This document shows, piece after piece, positions 24,569 to 31,910 of a DNA stretch of 53,359 bases (the first letter of the stretch is position 1; every line of letters starts with the position of its first letter). The position numbers and the translations under genes were made by a program. This DNA is from a virus: IMG/VR virus record IMGVR_UViG_3300045988_063706, positions 1 to 53,359 of that record; one strand, written 5' to 3'. Under the pieces are notes generated by a model. That model saw only the letters and a list, made by a program, of their open reading frames with translations, searched no databases and had not been told where the DNA came from.

Positions 24569-25036
24569 TCAGTTCCTCACGTCCGGGGCGTCCCAGTCCT
24601 TTTCCCAAATGACAGTGACACCAGAGTCCTCGAAAATACGTTGGGTCTCCTCACTGATTTTCTGTTGCCGCCCATAGATGACCCTCGTGATACCGGCCGA
24701 GACAATGGCACGAGCGCAAGCCTCGCACGGATAGCGAGTGACAAAAATGGTTGTCCCGGTGAGGTCTTCTCTTGCGCCACAGATAGCGTCAACCTCGGAA
24801 TGGATTGCCCTGCAATCAGCCGGGGAACGGTGAGTCTTGTCATTGTCCCCATACTTCTCAATCCGGAGACAGCCCCGATACTTGCAGAGGTCAGGGATTG
24901 CCCGGTTCGCACCAAAACTCACCGCTCGGCCATGCTTCACAATAACGGCCCCGACCGTGACCTTAGTGCAACCAGACATGATTCCGGCATAAATGTTCGC
25001 CATGTCTAACCAGTTACTCCACCCCATTACTCGCAT
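24569..25036 (-). CDS. dCMP deaminase (cytidine/deoxycytidylate deaminase fold)
   Basis: RBS GGAGGAGCATCACAATG. HSEVDAI (H-x-E) and YPCEACARAI (PCxxC) zinc motifs. Confidence 0.9.
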   Translation of the reverse strand: MRVMGWSNWLDMANIYAGIMSGCTKVTVGAVIVKHGRAVSFGANRAIPDLCKYRGCLRIEKYGDNDKTHRSPADCRAIHSEVDAICGAREDLTGTTIFVTRYPCEACARAIVSAGITRVIYGRQQKISEETQRIFEDSGVTVIWEKDWDAPDVRN

Positions 25037-25418
25037 TGTGATGCTCCTCCTCTCTCATAATCCCATCGGCTTGAATGTTGTTCTGGATGCGCTCAACGAT
25101 AACGGCGATGAATGTGGTATTCGTGACCTTGCCGCTGTTCATGCTCACCACATTCCCGAAATACTTCTTGCGAGTGTCCTCCGCCATGTTATTGAATGCG
25201 CTCTCAATAGCGTGGCGAATGGCTCTCTCAACTCTGGACGTGGTAGAGTCCACTTCCTTTGCAATATCAGGGTACAGTTTCCCGGTCATGTTCCGCAGGT
25301 ACTCCCGGTCATTGTAGACCATCTCAACTCCGACCTTGAGATAGTCCCACCCCAAAAGACCGGGGTTTATGCCAACATCCAGCAGGGTATCAGAAATCAT
25401 CCATTGTACGGAAGTCAT
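25014..25418 (-). CDS. Stand-alone Spo0A C-terminal (DNA-binding) domain protein, no receiver domain
   Basis: RBS AAAAGGAGGAAAACTGATG at 25418. [43 protein letters not shown]...[15 protein letters not shown] is near-collinear with B. subtilis Spo0A [43 protein letters not shown]...KPTNSEFIAMVADKL. Confidence 0.9.
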   Translation of the reverse strand: [134 protein letters not shown]

Positions 25419-26518
25419 CAGTTTTCCTCCTTTTGGTAGTTCCACGGCTCAGTCGTGGGATGATAGCAGTTGCGGGGACGACCCGTACCATTCACAGCCT
25501 TGATATATTTGCTCAACTCACAGAAGCAATTCTCAAGGGCCATGACATTCAGACAGCGGTCTCCCTCGGGGCGATACTTGAACAGTTTCTCAGGGTTCCA
25601 TCCAAACAGACGAGCATAGTCCCCGGCCTGGAGCGCAATAAAGTACTCGTCAATGTTGTCCCGGAGGAAGAACAGGGCCTCCTCATGGGTCATACCGCCG
25701 TAGTCACTGAACACAAGGTCAAGACCCCGCTTGCACCCCGGCCCCGCAACAGTAAACTCATTCTCGGAGAACGGAAAGTCCTCAATATAGGTCAGGTCAA
25801 CGAATACCTGATAGGCAAGGAATGAGGCAAACCCACGAATCTCCCGGATGATATTGTATGCGGCCTCCTGGTCTTTGGCTTTCATCAGGCGGCGGAACAC
25901 CTTGCGCTCTTTTAACCATGGACCGATATGGAATACCCGCAGGGGGATGTCCGGCTCGTAGTCCTTGAATTTCTTCCCCATTTCCTCAGACGGAGCACGA
26001 CTAAAGCCCTCCCCGTCCGGGAATTTCCATGCGTACTTTGTGCCGCCCTGATTATATGCGCTGGACCACCACTTGCGGTCAGGGCTCTCAATGAGGAGCC
26101 GCTTATAGGTCGGGCGAACTGCTTCCTTTAGGGCCAGCCCATCATAGATTTCATCAGCCGACCACGGCCCCCCGAAATCCGTGAATGTGTTCGGGTTATT
26201 CCAGGACCGGAGCAGGAATGTATTCAGCACCTTTTCCTCCAGAGTGAGTTCAGGGTTCGTGGAAACCAGTTCAATCAGCGCACGGCTGACACGGTCATCC
26301 TCCCGGAATACGTTGGTAAACTTGTACTCCTTAAGAACCGGGTTCTTAGTCCACGGCTGAGGTTTACCGAGGATATCCTTGCGAACGTGAATACGATACC
26401 GCTCAACAATGAAGTCCCGGAGATGCGCCGTGTTCTCCTCATTGAGGTATGGTTCCGCCTTTCTGATGCGCTTTTCGTTGACGCCACAGTAGGCAACGTC
26501 TCTCGGCTTTGTCTGCAT
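25418..26518 (-). CDS. Candidate DNA base hypermodification protein (alpha-glutamyl/putrescinyl-thymine pyrophosphorylase-like, aGPT-Pplase-like)
   Basis: 366 aa. PQPWTKNPVLKEYKFTNVFREDDRVS matches my memory of the PWT..pIL..YRF.NV.RE.DrvT signature of that family, and FLAYQVFVDL lies downstream. From memory only, not searched. Confidence 0.45.
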   Translation of the reverse strand: MQTKPRDVAYCGVNEKRIRKAEPYLNEENTAHLRDFIVERYRIHVRKDILGKPQPWTKNPVLKEYKFTNVFREDDRVSRALIELVSTNPELTLEEKVLNTFLLRSWNNPNTFTDFGGPWSADEIYDGLALKEAVRPTYKRLLIESPDRKWWSSAYNQGGTKYAWKFPDGEGFSRAPSEEMGKKFKDYEPDIPLRVFHIGPWLKERKVFRRLMKAKDQEAAYNIIREIRGFASFLAYQVFVDLTYIEDFPFSENEFTVAGPGCKRGLDLVFSDYGGMTHEEALFFLRDNIDEYFIALQAGDYARLFGWNPEKLFKYRPEGDRCLNVMALENCFCELSKYIKAVNGTGRPRNCYHPTTEPWNYQKEEN

Positions 26519-26521
26519 GGG

Positions 26522-26794
26522 TCACATCCCCTTTCTATGGATAAATACTGCAACGGCCTCCATCAGTGCTGGAAATAGGACCAGCACAAACGGCTCCAGC
26601 ATACGGCCGGAGGCCAGTTGCATGACGAGGAGGTACAGGTAGGGACAGGCCACAAACAGGGCCACCCCCAACACACGGAGCAAAAACTTCGTCCTCCTCC
26701 GTCCCTCAGACGACCTCAATAGCCGTCTGCCCTTTGCCGGAGCAAGGGTTCCCGGCTCGACCCAACGAGCCTCACGTCGTCCCTGAGTTCCCAT
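26522..26794 (-). CDS. Small membrane protein (90 aa, two TM segments)
   Basis: Arg-rich N-terminus, then FLLRVLGVALFVACPYLYLLV and FVLVLFPALMEAVAVFI. Trimmed to the ATG at 26794. Confidence 0.5.
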   Translation of the reverse strand: MGTQGRREARWVEPGTLAPAKGRRLLRSSEGRRRTKFLLRVLGVALFVACPYLYLLVMQLASGRMLEPFVLVLFPALMEAVAVFIHRKGM

Positions 26795-26796
26795 AA

Positions 26797-27402
26797 TCAA
26801 TACCCCAGGATTTTGGACACACACATATCCGCATGATGAGTCCACAGCACGTTCGGACAGACCTTGATAGCGGCCTCAAACTCATTCCACTTGTCGGTCT
26901 CGTATGCGCCCATGTGCCAGCGGATGCACAAGGCCTCCTCACGGGTGAGAGGGACTTCAAGGAGAAGTTTGCACAGGGAATCAGCACCGTGACCTCCGAA
27001 ACCGGCAACTCCATCCACATGGGCATAGATAGGTTTCAGGCCGTTAGAGTCGTTGTCCTCATGGGTTCCAACAATTCTATAAGCCCCGATTTTGCAGAAG
27101 TCATGGAAAAGCCCTACCAGCAACGGAGAACAGGGCCGCTCCCATTTGAGATGCTCAGCCTCGGTAAAGTGCATGAGATATTGAGCCACGCTAAACGAGT
27201 GCTTGAACAGTCCTCCAGGGAATGCCCCGTGATACTTAGTGGAAGCAGGGGCCTCAAAATAGTCCGTCCCGTCCACAATGACAGAAAGATGATTTGCGAG
27301 TTCAGCAGAGACACCCTCAACAGTGAGGGCCTCCATGAACTGTTTGTAGTTCTCGTCATACACATCCGGAAAGTCCGGGCAGTATTTACCGAGTACTTTC
27401 AT
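26797..27402 (-). CDS. HD-domain phosphohydrolase
   Basis: KYHGAFPGGLFKHS, GLFHDFCK, GHGADS, IRWHMG, HHADM. Confidence 0.8.
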   Translation of the reverse strand: MKVLGKYCPDFPDVYDENYKQFMEALTVEGVSAELANHLSVIVDGTDYFEAPASTKYHGAFPGGLFKHSFSVAQYLMHFTEAEHLKWERPCSPLLVGLFHDFCKIGAYRIVGTHEDNDSNGLKPIYAHVDGVAGFGGHGADSLCKLLLEVPLTREEALCIRWHMGAYETDKWNEFEAAIKVCPNVLWTHHADMCVSKILGY

Positions 27403-27448
27403 TTTACAAAATACCTCCTTACATTGCCATAAATAGGCGGTTTACTAC

Positions 27449-27477
27449 ATAATACCACAATCCCGCCCATTTGTAAA
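27449..27477 (-). promoter_or_regulatory. Sigma-A-type promoter (conserved family)
   Basis: Minus strand reads TTTACA, 17 nt (ending TTGTGG), TATTAT. Confidence 0.6.
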
Positions 27478-27510
27478 GCCCCTATTTTTGCCTTATAAAT
27501 GGGCGGGATT
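27459..27510. repeat. Perfect 14-bp inverted repeat (aatcccgcccattt / aaatgggcgggatt) with a 24-nt spacer, overlapping the promoter
   Basis: Arms at 27459..27472 and 27497..27510. The -35 hexamer lies in the spacer. Confidence 0.85.
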
Positions 27511-27523
27511 TTGTACTTTTGTT

Positions 27524-28180
27524 TCATGCCTCAATACTTCTGCGAGACATAACACTCGAACCGTCCCGCATACCAGCCTCATACGCATTACGACCGAACG
27601 CCGCTTTCGTATTAGAGGAACGGGTCTGTCTCAGGTTCGGGAACTTTTTGCCAAATGCGTCATTCACGTCCTGAGGAACTACCACAGCGAGAGCCACAGT
27701 CTGAGCGTCCAGAGCGGACTTGATACCATGCAGGAACCCGAGGACATAGGAGTTATAATAGTGAGCCGCTCCCTGATGACCGGGGATGAACCCGTTGTCC
27801 CGAGTAGCCTTGTCGCCGCCTTTCTTCATCACGCTGAATGCGAATTCCATAGCGGAGGCGACGGCCTTTGCATTGTCAGAGCGTCCGAAGAATGCGATTT
27901 TATTGGTTGCGCCGAGGATGATGATGCGACAGGCAAAAGCATTCGCCAGAATGGTCCCGAGGGAATTGTTGAACTTGTGCGCTTTGACCTTGGTCTCGAC
28001 GAGTTCGTAGGTGATTTTCTCACCGGTCTGAGCGGCTTCCATATCGACGTTATACTTCGCCATCAGAGCCTGAGCCTTGAGGAGAGCCGCCTTTGCCTCG
28101 GTCTCGGAGGGGTTGTTACCAGCCAGAGCAAGCAGTTTCTGAATCTTGTCGGCAATCTGGTTCATCTTAGTGTCAGTCAT
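27524..28180 (-). CDS. DUF2786-like protein
   Basis: The N-terminus KIQKLLALAGNNPSETEAKAALLKAQALMAKYNV is the DUF2786 signature common in phage and plasmid early regions. Confidence 0.65.
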   Translation of the reverse strand: MTDTKMNQIADKIQKLLALAGNNPSETEAKAALLKAQALMAKYNVDMEAAQTGEKITYELVETKVKAHKFNNSLGTILANAFACRIIILGATNKIAFFGRSDNAKAVASAMEFAFSVMKKGGDKATRDNGFIPGHQGAAHYYNSYVLGFLHGIKSALDAQTVALAVVVPQDVNDAFGKKFPNLRQTRSSNTKAAFGRNAYEAGMRDGSSVMSRRSIEA

Positions 28181-28212
28181 TTTGAAAACTCCTTTCAGCG
28201 ATTGAGTGGTGG

Positions 28213-28743
28213 TTAGGCGACCTCAGTGGAGATATACTCCACGTCGGTCAGCTCGTACTCAGCATTCTTGAAGCGGAACCACACAGAGCCGGTCAGCTCG
28301 TTCTGCCACGCACGGCGGCGAGCCACAGTATCAGCACCCATGAGGAGGGAAACCATCTGAGTGGTCTCATCGTACTCAACGGAGGTCAGGTCGAACAGAC
28401 CGCAGAGCCCGTCGAGGCTGATGCGAGTGTGGGACAGGCCCCACTTCTGCTCCTCGTAGGTCTTGGCACGAGGGCCGGTCTTCTTGCCGGACTTCTTGGA
28501 GGTCTTCTTCTCGGGCTTGCTCTCCTCGGTGGTGGTCTCCTCAGTGGTCTCCTCCTCAGGCTTCTCCTCGGCATTGGTGAAGTCAACGACGATGGACTTC
28601 TTGTACCAACGCTTGAGGACGGACTCGGTGGTGATGATGATATCGGTGGAGTCCTCGATGGAAGTGAGTTCGAACTTGCCGTTCTCCATGGTCTTCATGG
28701 TGTAGGAAGCGCCAGTCTTCTTGGAAGTGTAGATAGTAGTCAT
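28213..28743 (-). CDS. Hypothetical early protein with an acidic/Thr then Lys-rich linker
   Basis: First gene after the promoter at 28809..28837. EEKPEEETTEETTTEESKPEKKTSKKSGKKTGPRAK separates two folded-looking halves. Confidence 0.65.
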   Translation of the reverse strand: MTTIYTSKKTGASYTMKTMENGKFELTSIEDSTDIIITTESVLKRWYKKSIVVDFTNAEEKPEEETTEETTTEESKPEKKTSKKSGKKTGPRAKTYEEQKWGLSHTRISLDGLCGLFDLTSVEYDETTQMVSLLMGADTVARRRAWQNELTGSVWFRFKNAEYELTDVEYISTEVA

Positions 28744-28808
28744 TTTATTTTCCTCCTATAATGTTCTGATTTTGTTTCCGGGGTTCTCGCCCCTTGCTTT
28801 CTGACATT

Positions 28809-28837
28809 ATATTACCACACTCTCAAGAAGAATGCAA
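28809..28837 (-). promoter_or_regulatory. Sigma-A-type promoter (conserved family)
   Basis: Minus strand reads CTCTTGCAT, 17 nt (ending GTGTGG), TAATATaatgtcagaaag. Confidence 0.7.
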
Positions 28838-28854
28838 GAGTTTTCTTCAAATTT

Positions 28855-29301
28855 TTAGAATAATTTTTCTACACTCTTGAAACCCTTGAGCCTCAACGCA
28901 TTCAGGATTTTAGAACAGTCTTTTCCATGGTTTCTGAGCCATAAAATTTGAGAATAAAGTTTTTCTTCGGTATGAAAACCGGCATACGGATTGTCCGTGC
29001 TAAAGTACATTTCGAGCCAGTCGAGCCGGAGACAGCGGAAAGGCTCATGGAGGCCCCTGTACTCAATGTCATCCCATACAGGGGAACGCTCAAGCCCACG
29101 CTTATCGACCTCACAAGCAACGAGGCTCCAGTAGGCTATCAACTGCTCATAGGCCCCATACCAAACACACGGGACAATCTTAGTTGAGGAACCTACCCTA
29201 TCCCTCCAACCCTCCCTCATGTCCTGAACATACTGCAACAGTTTCAGCAGGGTCTTGTCAGGCATGAGGGGAATGAGGTCTGGATGCCACAGCATTCTCA
29301 T
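28855..29301 (-). CDS. Hypothetical protein, possibly related to the pyrimidine-dimer DNA glycosylase-like (TIGR02328-type) family
   Basis: The N-terminus MRMLWHPDLIPLMPDKTLLKLL resembles the MRLWH..LIP.LP...LL opening of that family. Weak, and the expected downstream Glu is not obvious. Confidence 0.35.
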   Translation of the reverse strand: MRMLWHPDLIPLMPDKTLLKLLQYVQDMREGWRDRVGSSTKIVPCVWYGAYEQLIAYWSLVACEVDKRGLERSPVWDDIEYRGLHEPFRCLRLDWLEMYFSTDNPYAGFHTEEKLYSQILWLRNHGKDCSKILNALRLKGFKSVEKLF

Positions 29302-29507
29302 ACTCGGTCAAACCTTGCAGGGTCCAACCAGAATGAGGGACAGGAGCCTTTCAGCCCCATAGCATACAACATCCAGTCCCCCTGACGGTCAGCGTGTCCG
29401 CAACCTATTCTCCCGACGGGTTTGCCGTCCCATCCGATAGCATTCGGCCCATACAAGCAGGTCGAACAGTTCTCAGGAACACGCTTGCGCTCAGTTACCT
29501 CAATCAT
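29298..29507 (-). CDS. Small Cys-rich protein (69 aa)
   Basis: CSTC...GCGH...SCPSF. 4-nt overlap with the next gene. Confidence 0.5.
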   Translation of the reverse strand: MIEVTERKRVPENCSTCLYGPNAIGWDGKPVGRIGCGHADRQGDWMLYAMGLKGSCPSFWLDPARFDRV

Positions 29508-29748
29508 CTTCCATACCCCTTTTCTTTAGGTTATTCCATTCCCTGCGAGCCTCTTGCTCTGTACTGCACCAGTGGGTCTGAGTCCAACAATCACCGTTGC
29601 ACTCGTATTTATATCGGGACCGCTTATTCCTATGGAGTTTAGGGTATGCGCCACAGTTCGGACATGGTCTCGGTTCTATCCTCCTAAAGTCAACGATACG
29701 AAACCGGCTTTCCCATGAGTCGTGGAGCGGCTTATCCCTCTTCTCCAT
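29500..29748 (-). CDS. Lar-family restriction-alleviation-like zinc-ribbon protein
   Basis: PCPNCGAYPKL...YKYECNGDCWTQTHWCSTEQEARREWNN fits the Lar pattern CP.CG...y.v.C..C......eA...WN. Confidence 0.5.
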   Translation of the reverse strand: MEKRDKPLHDSWESRFRIVDFRRIEPRPCPNCGAYPKLHRNKRSRYKYECNGDCWTQTHWCSTEQEARREWNNLKKRGMEDD

Positions 29749-29962
29749 CTTTACTCCCCTTTTTCAGAGGCCGCATGACCTCAAGGATGACATTCACACA
29801 ATCCCGACAGAACTTCTTGTCAGGGGAAAGGTTCTGACCGAGATTGAATGAGGCTGACTCTACATTGTTACCTCCCATCACGGACTCAGCACCGATGCCC
29901 ACAGTGTAAACCGTATTCGGGATAATCTTCCCGCACCGGTCACAGACATAGCAATATCCCAT
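29732..29962 (-). CDS. Small zinc-ribbon protein (76 aa)
   Basis: CYVCDRCGK ... FCRDC. Confidence 0.5.
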   Translation of the reverse strand: MGYCYVCDRCGKIIPNTVYTVGIGAESVMGGNNVESASFNLGQNLSPDKKFCRDCVNVILEVMRPLKKGSKDGEEG

Positions 29963-29963
29963 A

Positions 29964-30221
29964 TTAGATACCTCCTAACATTTTCTTGACTTCTCTGCCG
30001 ACAGTGGTGTCATCAAACGGGGTTCCAAGGAGAACGGCCTCGACACACTTGTCCAAGACCTTGTTTGTGCTGACCCCTGTCCATTCAGAGATGCGCTTGA
30101 CGGCTATCCGTATGCAGTCTCTTTCTAAAGGGGTGAACCCGTCAACAACGACATACAGACACAACAGGCTCCGCTCATATTCTGCCCTTGCACTTAGGAA
30201 CTCACGAATTGCGCTGAACAT
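29964..30221 (-). CDS. Hypothetical protein (85 aa)
   Basis: RBS GGAGGAACCCGATG at 30221. The track ORF was trimmed. Confidence 0.5.
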   Translation of the reverse strand: MFSAIREFLSARAEYERSLLCLYVVVDGFTPLERDCIRIAVKRISEWTGVSTNKVLDKCVEAVLLGTPFDDTTVGREVKKMLGGI

Positions 30222-30474
30222 CGGGTTCCTCCAGTTTGATGATATACAGGCTCCCGCCGAAAACACGGGCTTTCATATTGCGGAACCCTAACTTCTTGAT
30301 ACAGTTGTGATAGCTCGCCTGAGCCGAGCGAATGGTTGCATACTCGTCGTCGCTCAAGATGACCTTGAACACCTGCCCCTCAGACTTGTGGATTGCCATC
30401 AGAGCGCTCTGGAGTTTGGTGGGCCGGAACAGCCGATTCACCAGAGCGGGGTCATTTACCTTTTCGAATTTCAT
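30202..30474 (-). CDS. Hypothetical protein (90 aa)
   Basis: RBS aaggaggaaaactgcaATG. Confidence 0.55.
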   Translation of the reverse strand: MKFEKVNDPALVNRLFRPTKLQSALMAIHKSEGQVFKVILSDDEYATIRSAQASYHNCIKKLGFRNMKARVFGGSLYIIKLEEPDVQRNS

Positions 30475-30488
30475 TGCAGTTTTCCTCC

Positions 30489-31166
30489 TTACATATAATC
30501 AGAGCCATAATGGGAATGAGTAGGCTCCCAAAAGTTTTCGAACTCCTCGTGCTCGGTACGAAACCAGTTCCGCTCCCCGTCACCGTGGAAGTACACATAC
30601 TCAACCGGCAACGTGCGAACAGCAGTCGGGTCTCCAAGATGGAGTCGGTTCCATTCATTCCACACACTGAGAGCCATATCGTAGAACTCAGGCTCAACCG
30701 GGTTATCAGGGTCATATCCGTGGAACTGAGACTGAGTGCATACCTCAGCAATCGTGTCAGGGAAGCGAGGGTCATCAATACGGTTGAACACGCACCAGAT
30801 GACAGCCTCCTGCTCAACCTTTAATTCCACGCCACGAGCCTCCCCCCATACCATTTGAGCAAGACGGCGCATATCAGCAGGGTCAGCGGCGGGGACTAAT
30901 GTGTTATAGTCCACAGTGACGGACTCTGAGCCGACCTCAGCCTCCTCCCCGCTATTGGGGAGGGACTGGGTCATGGTTGCCTTTGCCGGGACGGTGAGGT
31001 CGTCCTGAGCGTCCCTCGCAAGGACTGTCATGGTGATACCTGCATACATAACCAAACACACGGCCGACAGCAGTACACCCAACAGGATGCCAAACGGCTC
31101 AGGGCGATAGCGGCGTCTCCGCTTGCGCTCAGGGTGGATGCGAACGGTGATTATCTTCTGGGTCAT
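30489..31166 (-). CDS. Membrane-anchored SleB/CwlJ-like cell-wall hydrolase (Hydrolase_2 family)
   Basis: Basic N-terminus plus a TM segment (FGILLGVLLSAVCLVMYAGI). LAQMVWGEARGVELKVEQEAVIWCVFNRIDDPRFPDTIAEVCTQSQF matches the SleB catalytic-domain signature. Confidence 0.75.
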   Translation of the reverse strand: MTQKIITVRIHPERKRRRRYRPEPFGILLGVLLSAVCLVMYAGITMTVLARDAQDDLTVPAKATMTQSLPNSGEEAEVGSESVTVDYNTLVPAADPADMRRLAQMVWGEARGVELKVEQEAVIWCVFNRIDDPRFPDTIAEVCTQSQFHGYDPDNPVEPEFYDMALSVWNEWNRLHLGDPTAVRTLPVEYVYFHGDGERNWFRTEHEEFENFWEPTHSHYGSDYM

Positions 31167-31357
31167 TTCAGGTCCTCCTCCTTGAACGGCTTTCCGTTCA
31201 GGTATAGTTTATATCCGGCCTTTCGCATAGAGGCACGAGTCCTCTTATCATAGACCGCTGACTTGTACCGGGTTGACATGAGGGTTTTCCCGTCTCGCCT
31301 GACTTCAAATAGGAAATGCGGGGTCGGTTTGGGCTTTTCTGAACTATTCGTCTTCAT
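31163..31357 (-). CDS. Small basic hypothetical protein (64 aa)
   Basis: 4-nt overlap with the SleB-like start. Confidence 0.5.
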   Translation of the reverse strand: MKTNSSEKPKPTPHFLFEVRRDGKTLMSTRYKSAVYDKRTRASMRKAGYKLYLNGKPFKEEDLK

Positions 31358-31601
31358 GCCCGATTACCTCATATTCGAGATGGTTGTACTGATACAGAGG
31401 GTAAAGTTCCCGAGTCCATTCAGGGTGACGCTCCAGGAATGCCTCATTGGAAGCATTGATACCGAGGTCATACTGCTCCGGAGTACCCTCTGCGAGATAC
31501 ACCTTTTCGGTCATCCCATCTCCGTCGAAACGGATGATATCGCCGGGGCGAACAAGAGTGCCATGCTTGTCCACATATTGTCGGATAGGCTTATCCATCA
31601 C
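31344..31601 (-). CDS. Hypothetical protein (85 aa)
   Basis: Coupled to the neighbouring genes. Confidence 0.55.
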   Translation of the reverse strand: MMDKPIRQYVDKHGTLVRPGDIIRFDGDGMTEKVYLAEGTPEQYDLGINASNEAFLERHPEWTRELYPLYQYNHLEYEVIGHEDE

Positions 31602-31870
31602 TCTGTCGCCTCCTCTACTCGCTCAATAGCGTTTTCAAGGTTGGTGACGGCCTCCTCGACGGAACTAATGGCCTCCTCCAGAATGGACACCACTTCCTCC
31701 GCTCGGTCGTGCTTCTCGCTGGACTGCATATTCTCCGGCATATTGTCGGCGTAGTCCTGCTCCTCGTCTTTCGGCTCCTCGAGGTCAGAACGAATGCTGT
31801 CCAAGTCGTCTTTGAGGGACTCCATCCGCTCACGGATTTCGTCCAGGACCTTTCTTCTATCTTTGTTCAT
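31598..31870 (-). CDS. Strongly acidic helical early protein (90 aa)
   Basis: First gene after the promoter at 31911..31939. RBS taaaggaggtaaaccATG. Very high Glu/Asp content. Confidence 0.6.
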   Translation of the reverse strand: MNKDRRKVLDEIRERMESLKDDLDSIRSDLEEPKDEEQDYADNMPENMQSSEKHDRAEEVVSILEEAISSVEEAVTNLENAIERVEEATE

Positions 31871-31910
31871 GGTTTACCTCCTTTAGAATGTGGTGGGGCT
31901 TACAACTGCT

